56,486 nucleotides of DNA from Cyanophora paradoxa CCMP329 (taxonomy: Eukaryota > Plantae > Glaucophyta), in contig QPMI01000315.1 of NCBI GenBank assembly GCA_004431415.1, positions 1-56,486 of the forward strand, in the 5' to 3' direction. The stretch's first letter is position 1; every line of letters begins with the position of its first letter. This document shows positions 22,626-34,200 of this stretch, one piece after another. The notes below the pieces were generated by a model. It was not told the DNA's origin. It saw nothing but the letters and a program-made list of their open reading frames with translations, and made no database searches. The position numbers and the translations under genes are program-made.

Positions 22626-24707
22626 TCAGCCGGGGCTTGGCGGGGCCGGGGCGGGCGCGGCGGCGAGGGCGGCGCGGGCGGAGGCGAGGCGGGCGTCGGT
22701 CTCGGGGCGGGCCTTGGTGAAGGAGGTGGCCAGCGGCAGGCGGAAGCCCAGCTGCAGCGCCTGCGCGCTCCCCGCTCGCAACGAGGCGCGGGGCGGGCGA
22801 GGGGTCCGGCGGGGAGGGAGGGCGCACGGCGTCCCAGCAGCGGCGCATCTCGGCGAGGTCGACGGGCCCGACCTCGTGGTGCGTCCAGCCCATCGCCGCG
22901 TGCACCACCGTCCCTGCACGCCCCTCGCCGCCGCGCGGGGGCCGGGGACGGGGGAAAGGGGGTGCAGCGCACCGGCGTGGCAGGCGAACATGAGGCCGGG
23001 GGGGAGGGCGTCCCACCCGAAGTCCGTCCGGTCGGGCTCGAACCTGCACCCGCCCCGCCGGCCATGAGGCGGCGCCCCGGCGCCCGGGCGGGGCCGGCGT
23101 GCACCCGAGGAAGCCGCCGTCGATGTGGATCACGTCCGGCCGCGTCTCCAGCACCTGCCGGCGCGGGAGATCAGGCGCGGTGGCGGGGCGGGGCCCCCAG
23201 GGCGGGGCGGGGGCGGGGCGGGCCTCCTCGGTGAGGGGGTCCGGCACGGCGAAGTTGACGACGGCGGCGCCGCGGGGCACCGCCCCCAGCAGCTCCTCCC
23301 CCGCCGGGATCGCCTTCCCTGCCCCCCGCCCCGTCAGAGCCGGCCGGCCGGGGGCTCGAGCGTGGGTGCGCACCGGTGACCCAGACGGGGCAGTCGGCCC
23401 CTTCCGCGAGGCTCGTGGCGCGGCGGAAGAGGTGCCGCGCCCGCGGCGGCGCCTTCGCCACGATCTCGTCGTACCGGCCCTGCGCGGGGCGTGAGGCCGG
23501 CCCGGGGGCCCGCGGGGCCCGGCGCCGGACCTGGTCGGCCGTGTACATGAGGATCGTGTACCCGTCGTCCACTACGGGAGGGTTAAGAAAGCAAGGGCGG
23601 GGCGGGGCGGGGCGGCGGGCGGACCTGCCCAGGCCATGGAGACGGCTGCGCCGATCTTGGAGGTGCAGCCGGTGAGGAAGACGCGCGCCCTCGCGCCCGA
23701 GAGGCCCAGCTTGCCCACCACCTGCCCCCGCCCCTCAGACGGGAAGCGGGGGGGCGGGCAGGAGGGGGGAACGCGCCTCGCGAAGCCGCTCGGCGACGGC
23801 GGCGGCGGTCATCGTGTCGCCGTGCACGACCGACACGTTCCTGCGCCCGCCGCAGTTAGCGGGGCCCCAGGACGCGCCCGGCCCCGGGGGGCGCGCTTGA
23901 GGCGGTGGCCGTGGGCGTCGACGATGTCCTTGCCGCCGCGGTTGAGCCACTCGGCCTTGTTGAGGGCCCCCAGGCCGAAGACGAGGTGCTCCCAGGGGCG
24001 CACGCGCGCCGCCTCCTCCAGCACCGCCTCCTCGATTCGCCGCCGGATCCCCGCCTGGAACGCCTTCACCACGTACTGGTACCCGAAGTTCAGCAGCTGC
24101 GCCGGCCCCGTCAGCCGCGCGGGCGGGCCCGGGGGCGGAGGCGGGCGGGCCATGAGCGTCTTGCCGGCGATGGGCGGCCGGTTGCCGGAGACGCCGAATG
24201 CGTACCCGAGCTTGTACTGCGTGTAAGCCTGCGCGCGCGGGGCGGTGAGCGGGGCGCGGAGCGGGGTGCGGGGGGCGGGGGGCGGGGCGCGGGCGGGCCT
24301 GGCCGAAGGCGTGGAAGGCGAGGCCGGCGAGGAAGACGACGGGCGTGCTCAGCTTCGCCATCAGCGACACCTTCTCCTCGTCGAAGACGCCTGCGCCGCC
24401 CCACCCGCTCGCTCAGGGGCGCCCGAGGCGACCCGGGGCGCCGCGCACCGAGCGGCGAGACGACGTCCGTGTGGCTCACGAAGTGCTCCAGGAAGCAGAA
24501 GCGGAAGAGCTTCTGCTCCCCCTCGGGCCGGGCCGAGCCGTCGCTGGCGGGCGTCTCCGGCCTCGACCGCACGTCGCGCTCGCTGGCCCGCTGCGATCCG
24601 GAGCTCGAGCCGGCGACTGAGGCGAGGGCGTCCGACTGCGCGTCGAGATCCGCCCCCGAGCCCGCGGCATGCGCGCGCTCGTCGATGCTGCTGCCGGCGC
24701 TCTTCAT
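22626..24707 (-). CDS. Stand-alone CER3/WAX2 C-terminal-type fatty acyl reductase (related to cyanobacterial acyl-ACP reductase), multi-exon
   Basis: FRFCFLEHFV, LLNFGYQY, VFGLGALNKAEWLNRGG, VVHGDTMTAAAV, Rossmann motif VFLTGCTSKIGAAV, LPPGLMFACHA|GTVVHAAMGWTHHEVGPVD. These match CER3 LGALNKNEALNGG / VVHGNTLTAA / VFLTGATSKLG / HACHAGG..H..EGWTHHEVG. Confidence 0.85.
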
Positions 24708-25244
24708 CGCTGCGGGCGGGGATGAACCTGCTCGCGGTCGGATGGGCTCGTTGCTTTCTCGGCGATGCGTACGCGCGGTGGAGGACTACCCGGGCCTACG
24801 GCGGCTGCGCGCGGATGGGTCGGGCGGCTCGCTCGGGCTCGCTCGAAGACTGATCCAAAGGAAGCGCTCTCCCTCCCATCCCGGTGCTCCGCTGGCGCTC
24901 GCCGCGCGCCGGGCTGCTCATTTTGAATTCGGGGCTTCGTTTCGCGGTGAGCGCTCTACCCCCCCACAGATTCTTCCCCAGGTCCGACACCCTTTCGATT
25001 TTGAGTTTGACAAGCGACGATACGCGTCCAGGCAGGATGACGAGCTCGCCGATACGCATTCGAGCTCGTTGCGACATAAGCGGGCCCTCGCCCTGCATCC
25101 CGCATTTCGCATCTAGCTACCAGGAGAGAGACCGCGCCCGCCGGCGACGAGCCGCATCCCAGCGCCTCCAGCAACAGCAAGGAGAGCCTGCGCGAGATCT
25201 CTTTCCTCCCTGAAGTGTAGCGAGAGTCCAGCCCGAACTGCGAA

Positions 25245-28200
25245 ATGAAGCCGTTTGTGCGCTCCGCTTCCGACGAGGGCAAGCCGGCGAACGGTTCCTT
25301 CTGCCGCCCTGTTTCGCCCGGCTCCTTCAAGATCGCCGGCCCGCCGGCCTCGCCGCGCCCTTCTCCGGGCGCGCCGGCCACCGATGCGCGGGTCTGGTTC
25401 GCCCTCAGCTCCGCTGGAGCGGGCTTTTTCGTGCCCGCCAGCCTCCTCCCGCACGCCTCGCGCATCTGGGAGTGCTTCCGCGTCTCGCCGGAGGGCCAAG
25501 CGCGCGTCCCGGCGGCCGGCCAGCAGCCGGCCCCGCGCGACGCCGAGTTCGTATCGTTCTTCCTGGACGCGGTGCGGGCGGCGGGCTCCTTCACGGAGCC
25601 GGTGCCGGAGGCTGCGCGGGCGCGCCTCGCGGGGGAGGCCCTCGCGCACCTCCAGCGCACCCTACTCGGCTTCGACGACATCCACGGGTCCGCCGCCCCG
25701 CCTCGGGGCTCCCCCCGCCCGCGGCGCGCCTGAGGCGGCGCAGGGCCACGCAGGGGATGGCCTCGCAGGCGGACGTCGTCCGCAACTACTTCTGGGCCCG
25801 CGAGTTCGCGGCGCGGGCGCCCGAGGCGGCGGCCTCGCTCCAGGCGCTCCAGCAGCAGCCGCCCCTCGCCTCCCACCTGCTCGCCGCCGCCGAGGACGGC
25901 GACGCCGGCCTCTTCCTCGACTTCAACGGCCAGGGCTACGCCTTCCTCCCCGGTCCGCCCCGCCCCGCCCGCCCCGCCCTCCCCGCCCCGCGCGGCGCCG
26001 AGCGCGGGGCGCAGAGCTGAAGGAGGTGTACGAGACGTACGCGTTCGCGCGGCCGTTCGTGGGGGCGCTGCTGGAGGCGGTGCGGGAGGAGTCGGCGGGG
26101 TCGAACGAGATGCAGCTGACGCCCCTCTGCGGCGCCGCCGTCGACGGCCTCGCCTGGCTCGAGGGGCGCGAGGCGGCCCCCGCCCCCGACGCCCTCGCCT
26201 GCGCCCCCGTCAGCTACCCCCTCACCTTCGTCACCCAGGTGCCCCCGCCCGCCCCGCCACCGCCCTCCGCCCCGCCCCGCGGCTGACGCGCGCGCGCGCC
26301 GTCAGATGGCGCACTACTACGTGGCGCTGCGCCTCTCGCGGCGGCAGGCGCGCGAGTTCCTCGCCCTCTTCCGCGGGGCGACGGGCCACAGCCAGGGCCT
26401 CGTCGCCGCCGCCGTCGCCGCGGCGAGCCCCTCGGAGGGCGAGCTCCTCGCCCGCGCCTCGGCCGCCGCCCGCGCCATGTTCTGGACGGGCCTGCGCGCC
26501 CACGTCGCCGCCGCCGCCTTCCCGCGCTCGGCCTCGGGGGCGACGCCGATGCTCTCCGTGCGGCGCCTGCCGCTCGCGCGCCTCGAGGCGGCCGTCGAGC
26601 GCGCCAACCGCGCCGCCGGCTCCGACCCCGCCCGCCGCCTCGAGGTCCGCCGCCCGCCTCCCGAGCCCCGCCCCGCCGCCCTGAGGCCGCCCCGCGGCGG
26701 CGCAGATCGGGCTGGCCAACGGCCCGCGCCACTTCGTCGTGTGCGGCGCCCGGCGGTCCTCGAGCGCCTCCTCGAGGACCTGCGCGCCGCCTCCGCCGCC
26801 CCGGGCGCCGAGCAGGCCCGCCCCGCCCCGCCCCCCTCCCCGCCTCGCCGCCGCCTGAGCGGCCCGCCGCAGAACCGGGTGCCCTTCTCGAAGCGCAAGC
26901 CGGAGCTGGAGGCGGCCTTCCTGCCCGTCTCCGCGCCCTTCCACTCGGCCCACCTCGCCCCTGCCGCCGCCGCCGTCGCCGAGGACGCCGCCCGCTGCGG
27001 CCTCGCCCTCGCCCCGGGCGAGCTCCTGCTGCCCCTCTACTCGACCCTGGACGGCTCGGACCTGCGCTCCGCGGCGGCCGCCGACCTCGTCCCCGCCCTC
27101 GTCGACCTCCAGCTCCGCCTCCCGCTCCGCTACGAGCGCGCCCTCGCCGCCTGCTGCCCCGCCCGCGGCGCCTCGCACCTCGTCTCCTTCGGGCCGGGCG
27201 AGGCGACCCTCGCGGCCCGCCTCAAGCGCGGCTCCGGCGTCGCCGTCCTCTCCGCCGCCGCCCTCGCCGGCCGCGCCGCCCTCCTCGGGGCCCGCCCCTC
27301 GCCCCTCGCCGCGCCGGCCCCGCACTGGGGCCGCGAGTTCGCGCCCCACCTCGTGCGCCTCCCCGACGGCACCTTCGCCCTCGACACCAAGTTCACGTGC
27401 GCCGCCCGCCCCGCCCCGCCCCTTGTCTCTTCTGCCCTCTGACGGGGGGCGGGGCGCAGGCGGGCGCTGGGGAAGCCGCCGCTGATGATGGCGGGGATGA
27501 CGCCCTGCACGGTGGCCGTCGAGCCCGTCGCCGCCTGCCTCAACGCCGGCTACCACGGCGAGCTCGCCGGCGGCGGCCTCCACACCCCCGAGATCTTCCG
27601 CGCCGCCCTCCTCGACCTGGCGGGGCGGCTGCGGCCCGGGGACGGGGTGACGATCAACCTGCTCTTCCTGAACCCGTACCTCTGGGGCTTCCAGTTCCCC
27701 GCCATCGAGTCTATGCTGGAGGACGGCACGGCGCCCATCGACGGCATCTGCATCGGCGCCGGCGTCCCCTCCCTCGAGAAGGCCACCGAGATCCTCACCC
27801 GCCTCCGCGAGCGCGGCCTCCGCCACGTCGCCTTCAAGCCCGGCAACGCCGCCGCCGTCCGGTCCGCGCCTCCCCCGCCCCTCTCCCCTCCCGCGGCCCC
27901 GACCGTTCCGCGCAGGGCGGTGGTGGAGATTGCGCAGGCGAACCCGGAGTCGACGGTGCTGCTGCAGTGGACGGGCGGGCGCGCCGGCGGGCACCACTCC
28001 TTCGAGGACGCCTACGAGCCCGTTCTCGAGACGTACGCCCTCATGCGCTCCTGCGAGAATCTCGTCCTCGTCGCCGGCTCCGGCGTCGGCGACGGCGAGT
28101 CCGCCTGGCACTGGCTCTCGGGGGAGTGGTCGGCGCGGCTCGGGTACCCCGCAATGCCCTTCGACGCCTGCCTCCTCGCCTCGCGCCTGTGCGCGTGCGC

Positions 28201-31200
28201 CGAGATGCAGTCCCCGCCCGAGACCAAGGCCCGCATCGCCGCCGTGCGTCCCCCCTCTCCCTTCCGCGCGCCCTCCCTCCCCCTCCTCCTCGCCTCACGC
28301 GGGGGGGGCAGACGCCGGGGATCGAGAACGAGGCGGACTGGGAGAAGAGCTACGAGGGGGAGGCGGGCGGGATCATCACGGTGACGTCGGAGCTGGGGGA
28401 GCCGATCCACGTGGTGGCGAACCGGGCGATGCTGCTCTGGCGGGAGCTGGACCGGGAGGTCTTCGGGGCGCCCAAGGAGCGCGCCGAGGCCTTCCTCCGC
28501 GACCGCCGCCAGCACATCGTCGACCGCCTCAACGCCGACTTCGCCAAGGTCCGCTCACCTCGAAGCTCCCCTCCGCACCGCGGGCCGGCCCCTGACCCGG
28601 CGGCAGGTCTACTTCTGCCGCAAGGCGGACGGGAGCACGCCGGAGCTGGCGGACATGACCTACGCCGAGGTGGCGCAGCGCATGGCCGAGGTCATGACCT
28701 TCCGCTGCTCCTCCACCGGCGAGGAGCGCTGGATCGACGAGACCTACCGCACCCGGTGCGCCCGCCCCGAGCGCCCCGCGCCGCCCGGGCCCGGCCCGGC
28801 CTCCCGCTCACGCCGGGCGGCGCAGGTTCGTGGACTGGCTGCAGCGCGTGGAGGCGCGCTTCGCGCCCGCCGGGGCCGCCTCGCGCGTCTCGCGGGAGCA
28901 GACGGCGGCGGACCCGCGCGGGGCCGTCGAGGCGGTGCTCTCCCACTCGGAGGGCGCCGCCGCCACCGCCCTGGCCGCCGAGGACGTCGACTACTTCCTC
29001 GAGCTCTGCCGCCGCCCCGGCAAGCCCGTCAACTTCGTCCCCGCCATCGACAAGGACCTCAAGCTCTGGTTCAAGAAGGACTCGCTCTTCTACTCGGAGC
29101 GCCTCGAGTGGGTCCCCAACCGCGACGTGGAGCGCACGCAGATCCTCCTCGGGCCCGTCGCGGCGCGCCACATCAAGCGCGCCAACGAGCCCATCGGCGA
29201 GGTCTTCGACTCGATCCACGCCGACCTCCTCCGCCGCACCCGCGAGGCGGCCGAGGCCGAGGCGGGCCCCGAGGCCGCCTGCGCCACCGTGCACTTCGTG
29301 GGGGGCCCCGCGGTGGAGGCCGGGGGCGAGGCGGCGGAGGCGGAGGCGCAGGGCGTCGCAGTGCGCTTCCGGGAGGACAGCGCCGCCAAGGCCACCGTCC
29401 TCGAGGCGACCGTCCCGCCGGGGGCCCCCGCCCTGCCCCGCGACGCCGCCTGGCTCGACCTCCTCGCCGGCGGCCGCCCCTCCTGGCTCCGCGCCCTCCT
29501 CACCGCCCCGCACCTCGTGCGCGGCACGCGGCGCGTCGCCAACCCCCTCGCCCGCGTCTTCCGCCCCCGCCCCGGCGTCACCGCCGTCGTCTCCCGCTCC
29601 TCCGCCACCGGCGTCCCCTCCTCCCTCGCCGTGCGGCCCTCCGCTCGCCTCTCCCGCTCGCCCTCGCTCCTCGGGCTCGCTCTGACGCGCCGCGCAGCTC
29701 TACTCGCACCGCGTGGAGAACTGGGGCACGGGCGCCCCGGCGGCCCCCGCCGGCCTGCGCCCGCCCTCGCCGGCGGCCGGCGGCGCCTCGCCGCTGGACC
29801 GCCCGCCTCGCCCTCGGCGGGGGCCCCGCGGCGTACGTCCCGCGGAGCAGGCGCTGACGGGGGCGCCGGCGGTGGAGGCGCGGCTGCTGGAGAGCGGGCG
29901 CATCCAGGTGACGCTGCACCACGCGCGCCTCTCGGCGGACGCCAAGGCGACGGAGAGCGTGCCGCTCGCGCTGGAGTACGAGTACCGCCCCGCCGTCGGC
30001 TTCGCCCCGCTCCTCGAGGTCGTCGAGGGCCGCGCCGCCCGCGTCACCGCCTTCTACCGCCGCCTCTGGCTCTCCGCCGAGCCCGACGCCGCCGCCGCCG
30101 CCGCCCGCGCCCGCGTGGAGCGGCCCGACGTGGCGCGCTTCTGCCGGGCGGTGGGCCTGGCGCCGCGGGAGGCGGCGGGGCGGGCGCTGGCGCCGCTGGA
30201 CTTCGCGGCGGTGGCCGGCTGGGACGCGATGATGCGGCCCGTGCTGCGCGAGGAGGCCCCCGTCGACGTCGCGCGGCTCGTGCACCTCTCCAACGAGTTC
30301 GAGGCCCTCGAGGCGCGCGCCCTCCGCGACGGCGACGCCGTCCGCGCCGACTTCCGCCTCGTCGAGGTCCGCCCCGCCCCCGCCCAACCTCCCCTCCCCG
30401 CCCCGCCCCGCGCTGAGGGCCGGCGCGCGCAGCGGACGCGGGGCCCGACGGGGACGACGCTGGCGGTGAAGGGGACCCTCCACCGCCTCGCGGAGGACGG
30501 GGCGGAGGTCCCCTGCGTGGCCGTCGCCTCCGCCTTCTTCGTGCGCGCCAGCGGCGGCGAGGAGGCCGACCCCGCGCCCCTCTTCCGCGAGGCCGAGGCG
30601 CGCTCGCGCGTGGAGCTCCCCGACGCCAAGGCCGCCGCCGTGCTCCTCGCCCAGCCCTGGCTCAAGGCCCCCGACCCGGCCCGCCTCGCCCCGGGCCCCG
30701 AGCCGCTCCTCTTCGAGCTCGCCTCGGTGGAGCGGCACGCGCCGCACCCGTCCCTCGGCTCCGTCGCCGCCTCGGTGCGCGCCGCGGGGAGCGTCTCCCG
30801 CGGCGGCGCCAAGGTCGCCGAGGTCGCGTACGAGGGCCCCGCCTCCGACGCCGCCTCGCCCCTCGCCTACCTCGCCCGCTGCGGCGCCCCCGCCGACGAG
30901 CCCCGCCGCTTCGAGTCGGGCGGGTACAGCCTGCTGGCGGCGCCAGTGCGGCTGCGGGCCCCGGGGAACAACTCGGTGTACAGCGCGGCGTCGCGGGACC
31001 ACAACCCGATCCACAACAACCCCTTCTTCGCCGACCTCGCCGGCCTCCCCGACACGATAGTTCACGGCATGTGGTCCAGCGCGCAGGGCCGCCGCGTCCT
31101 CGAGCAGTACGTCTGCGCCGGCCGCCCCGAGCGCCTCCGCCGCTGGCGCGTCGAGTTCGTCGACATGGTCCGCCCGCCCCGCCCCCGCCCCCGCCCCCGC

Positions 31201-34200
31201 CCCTCTCCGCCCCTGACAGCTTGCCTTCTCTCAGGTGATGCCGCGGGAGGAGCTGACGGTGACGGCGCGGCACGTGGGCATGCGGGACGGCCGCATGGTC
31301 GTCGAGGTCGCCGTCGCGACGGCGGCGGAGGGCCGCGTCGTGATGAAGGGCGCCGCGGAGCTCGAGCAGCCGCGCACCGCGTACATCTTCACGGGCCAGG
31401 GCTCCGCCAGCCAGGGCATGGGCATGGACCTCTACGAGGTGCGGGCGGGCCCCGAGCGCCCCGGCGCCGCCTCCGCTCACACGCGCGCGCGCAGTCGTCG
31501 CCGGTGGCGAAGGAGGTGTGGGACCGGGGCGACCGGCATCTGCGGGCCGTCTACGGCGTCTCCATCCTGGAGATCGTGCGGGGGAACCCGACGGAGCTGA
31601 CGGTGCACTTCGGGGGCAAGCGGGGCCGCGCCCTGCGGGAGAGCTACCTGGCGCTCAAGCGCTACGGGGAGGAGAACGGGCTCCCCCTCTTCGCCGGCCT
31701 CGACGAGCGCTCCGACTCGTACACGTACCGGGCCCCCGAGGGCCTGCTCTTCGCCACGCAGTTCCAGCAGCCGGCCATCCTCCTCTACGACTCGGCCGTC
31801 TACTGCGACCTCCGCGCCCGCGGCCTCGTCCCCTCCGACCTCGTCTTCGCCGGCCACTCGCTGGGCGAGTACGGCGCGCTGGCGACCGCCGGCGGGGCCT
31901 TCGAGGTCGAGCTCCTCGTAGAGACGACGTACCTGCGGGGGGCGACGATGCAGTCGGCGGTGGCGCGGGACGCGCAGGGGCGCTCGCCCTACGGGATGGT
32001 CGCGTGCAACCCGTCGCGCGTGGGCAAGCACCTCACGGAGGCGGCCCTCGAGGAGGCCGTCGAGGCCGTCGCCGCCGCCTCCGGCCACCTCCTCCAGGCG
32101 AGCGAGCGCCCCTAGCGCGCTCTCTCCTCCCCCCTGTCTGACGTCCCGGGGCCGGCAGGTGGTGAACTTCAACGTGCGGGACCTGCAGTACGTGGCGGCC
32201 GGCACCCGCCTCAACCTCGCCGCCCTCGGCGCCCTCCTCGACCAGGTCAAGCGCATGGGCGCCCTCCCTGCCTCCATGCGCGAGCTCGCCGCCGCCGCCG
32301 TCAAGGCCGTCGCCGAGAAGCACGGCGCGGACCCCTACGTCCAGGTGGAGCGGGGGCAGGCGACGATCCCGCTCGCCGGCATCGACGTCCCCTTCCACTC
32401 CCGCCTCCTGCGCGGCGGCGTCCCCGCCTTCCGCCGCGTCCTCTCCGACCGCCTCGGCGCCGTCAAGGCGGAGCGCCTGCACGGGCGCTTCGTCCCGAAC
32501 CTCACGGGGCGGCCCTTCCGCCTCGAGCTCGACTACGTGAAGGAGCTGCTGGCGGCGACGGAGAGCCCCGTGCTCGCCGAGCTCGTGCCCCGCTGGGAGG
32601 CCGAGCTCGCCGCCCGCGGCCCCGACGCCCTCGCCCGCACCGTCCTCGTCGAGTGCATGGCCTACCAGGCGCGCCCGCCCGCCCGCCCCCCCCTCGCCCC
32701 CGCCACCCCCTGACGCCGCCTCCCCCGCAGTTCGCGTCGCCGGTGAGGTGGATCGACACGCAGGAGGTGCTCTTCGCGCCGGGCCCGGGCGGCCTCGCCG
32801 TGGAGCGCGTCGTCGAGGTCGGCCCCGCCCGCACCCTCGTCGGCATGGCCAAGCAGACACTGGCGGCCGCCGGCCGCGAGGCGGAGCTCCTCTGGTGCGG
32901 CGGCGACCGCGACGCCATCGCCTTCGCCTTCTCGGACCCCGCCCCCAAGGAGGAGGCCAAGCCCGCCCCGGCCGCCGCGGCCCCGGCCCCGGCCCCGGCC
33001 CCGGCGGCGGCCCTGGCTCCGGCCCGGCCCCGGTGGCGGCGCCCAAGGCGGCGGCGGCGGCGTCGGCGGCGCCGATCGCGGACGCGCCCGTTACGGCGGT
33101 GGACGCGGTGCAGGTGGCGCTGGCGCTGAAGCTCAAGAAGGGCCTCGCCGAGGTCGCCAGCGCCGCCAAGTCCATCAAGGACTACTGCGGCGGCAAGTCC
33201 GCCATCCAGAACGGTCCGCACCCCCGCCCGCCCCCGCCCGCCCCCGCCGGGGCTGCCCCCGGAGCCGACGCCCGGGCAGAGATCGTGGGGGACCTGGAGA
33301 AGGAGTTCGGCGGGCCGCTCGGGGACGGCTCCGCGGAGGCGCCCATCGAGCAGCTCGCCGGGCGCGGCCCCGCGGCGACGTACAAGGCGCTCGGGCGTGT
33401 GACCTCGGGCTGGGTGGCGCGCCTGATCGGCGCCAAGATGCCGGCCGGCTTCGGCGCGGCGCAGGTCAAGGCGCACCTCTCGGGGCGGCGGCTCCTCGGC
33501 GAGGGCCGCGCTGCCTGCGTCCAGCTCTACGCCCTCACGATGGAGCCGGCGGCGCGCCTCGCCTCCGAGGCCGAGGCGGCCGCCTTCTGGGACGCCGCCT
33601 GCGACGCCTACGGCGCCGCCAAGGGCGTCGCGGTGCCCGTGGCGGGGGCCGGCGGGGCGGCCGGCGGGGAGGGGGCGGGTGGGGCGACAATGGTGGACGG
33701 GCGGGCGCTGGAGGCGTTCCGGAAGCAGCAGGCGGACATCCTCGCCGAGCAGATCGCCGCCCTCCAGTCCGCCCTCCGCTCCGTCAAGGGCGACGGCGGC
33801 GCGAAGGCGGCGGCGGCGGAGGCGCCGGCGGCGGGGCCGACGGCGGCGCAGCTGGCGAACCTGGCGGAGGAGATGGGGGGCGACTTTGTGGAGGCGGTGC
33901 GGCCGATGTTCGACGCGAACCGCGAGCGGCGCTACGACAGCGCGTGGAACTGGGCCCGCGCCGACGCCTTCGCCCTCTTCAACGCCGTCCTCCTCGGCGA
34001 GGTCCGCCCCCTGCTCCCCTCCTCCCCGCCCCTCGGGCGCCGACGCGCGGGTTCCCGGCAGGTGGACCCGAGCGCGCCGGAGCAGGCGGAGAAGGTGCGG
34101 GCGGCGGTGCACGGGCTCGTGAACCGCGCCTGCCCCGAGCTGCTCGAGTACGCGCGGGCGTGCGCCGCGCGGCGGTGCACGAGCGGCTCGGCGTCGGAGC

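Noticed and set aside
33015-33035. Frameshift in the FAS MPT-ACP linker as programmed frameshifting or a FAS1/FAS2 split
   Set aside because: One missing C in a GCCCCG repeat restores the frame. Similar homopolymer indels occur throughout the window, so a consensus error is most likely (verify with reads).
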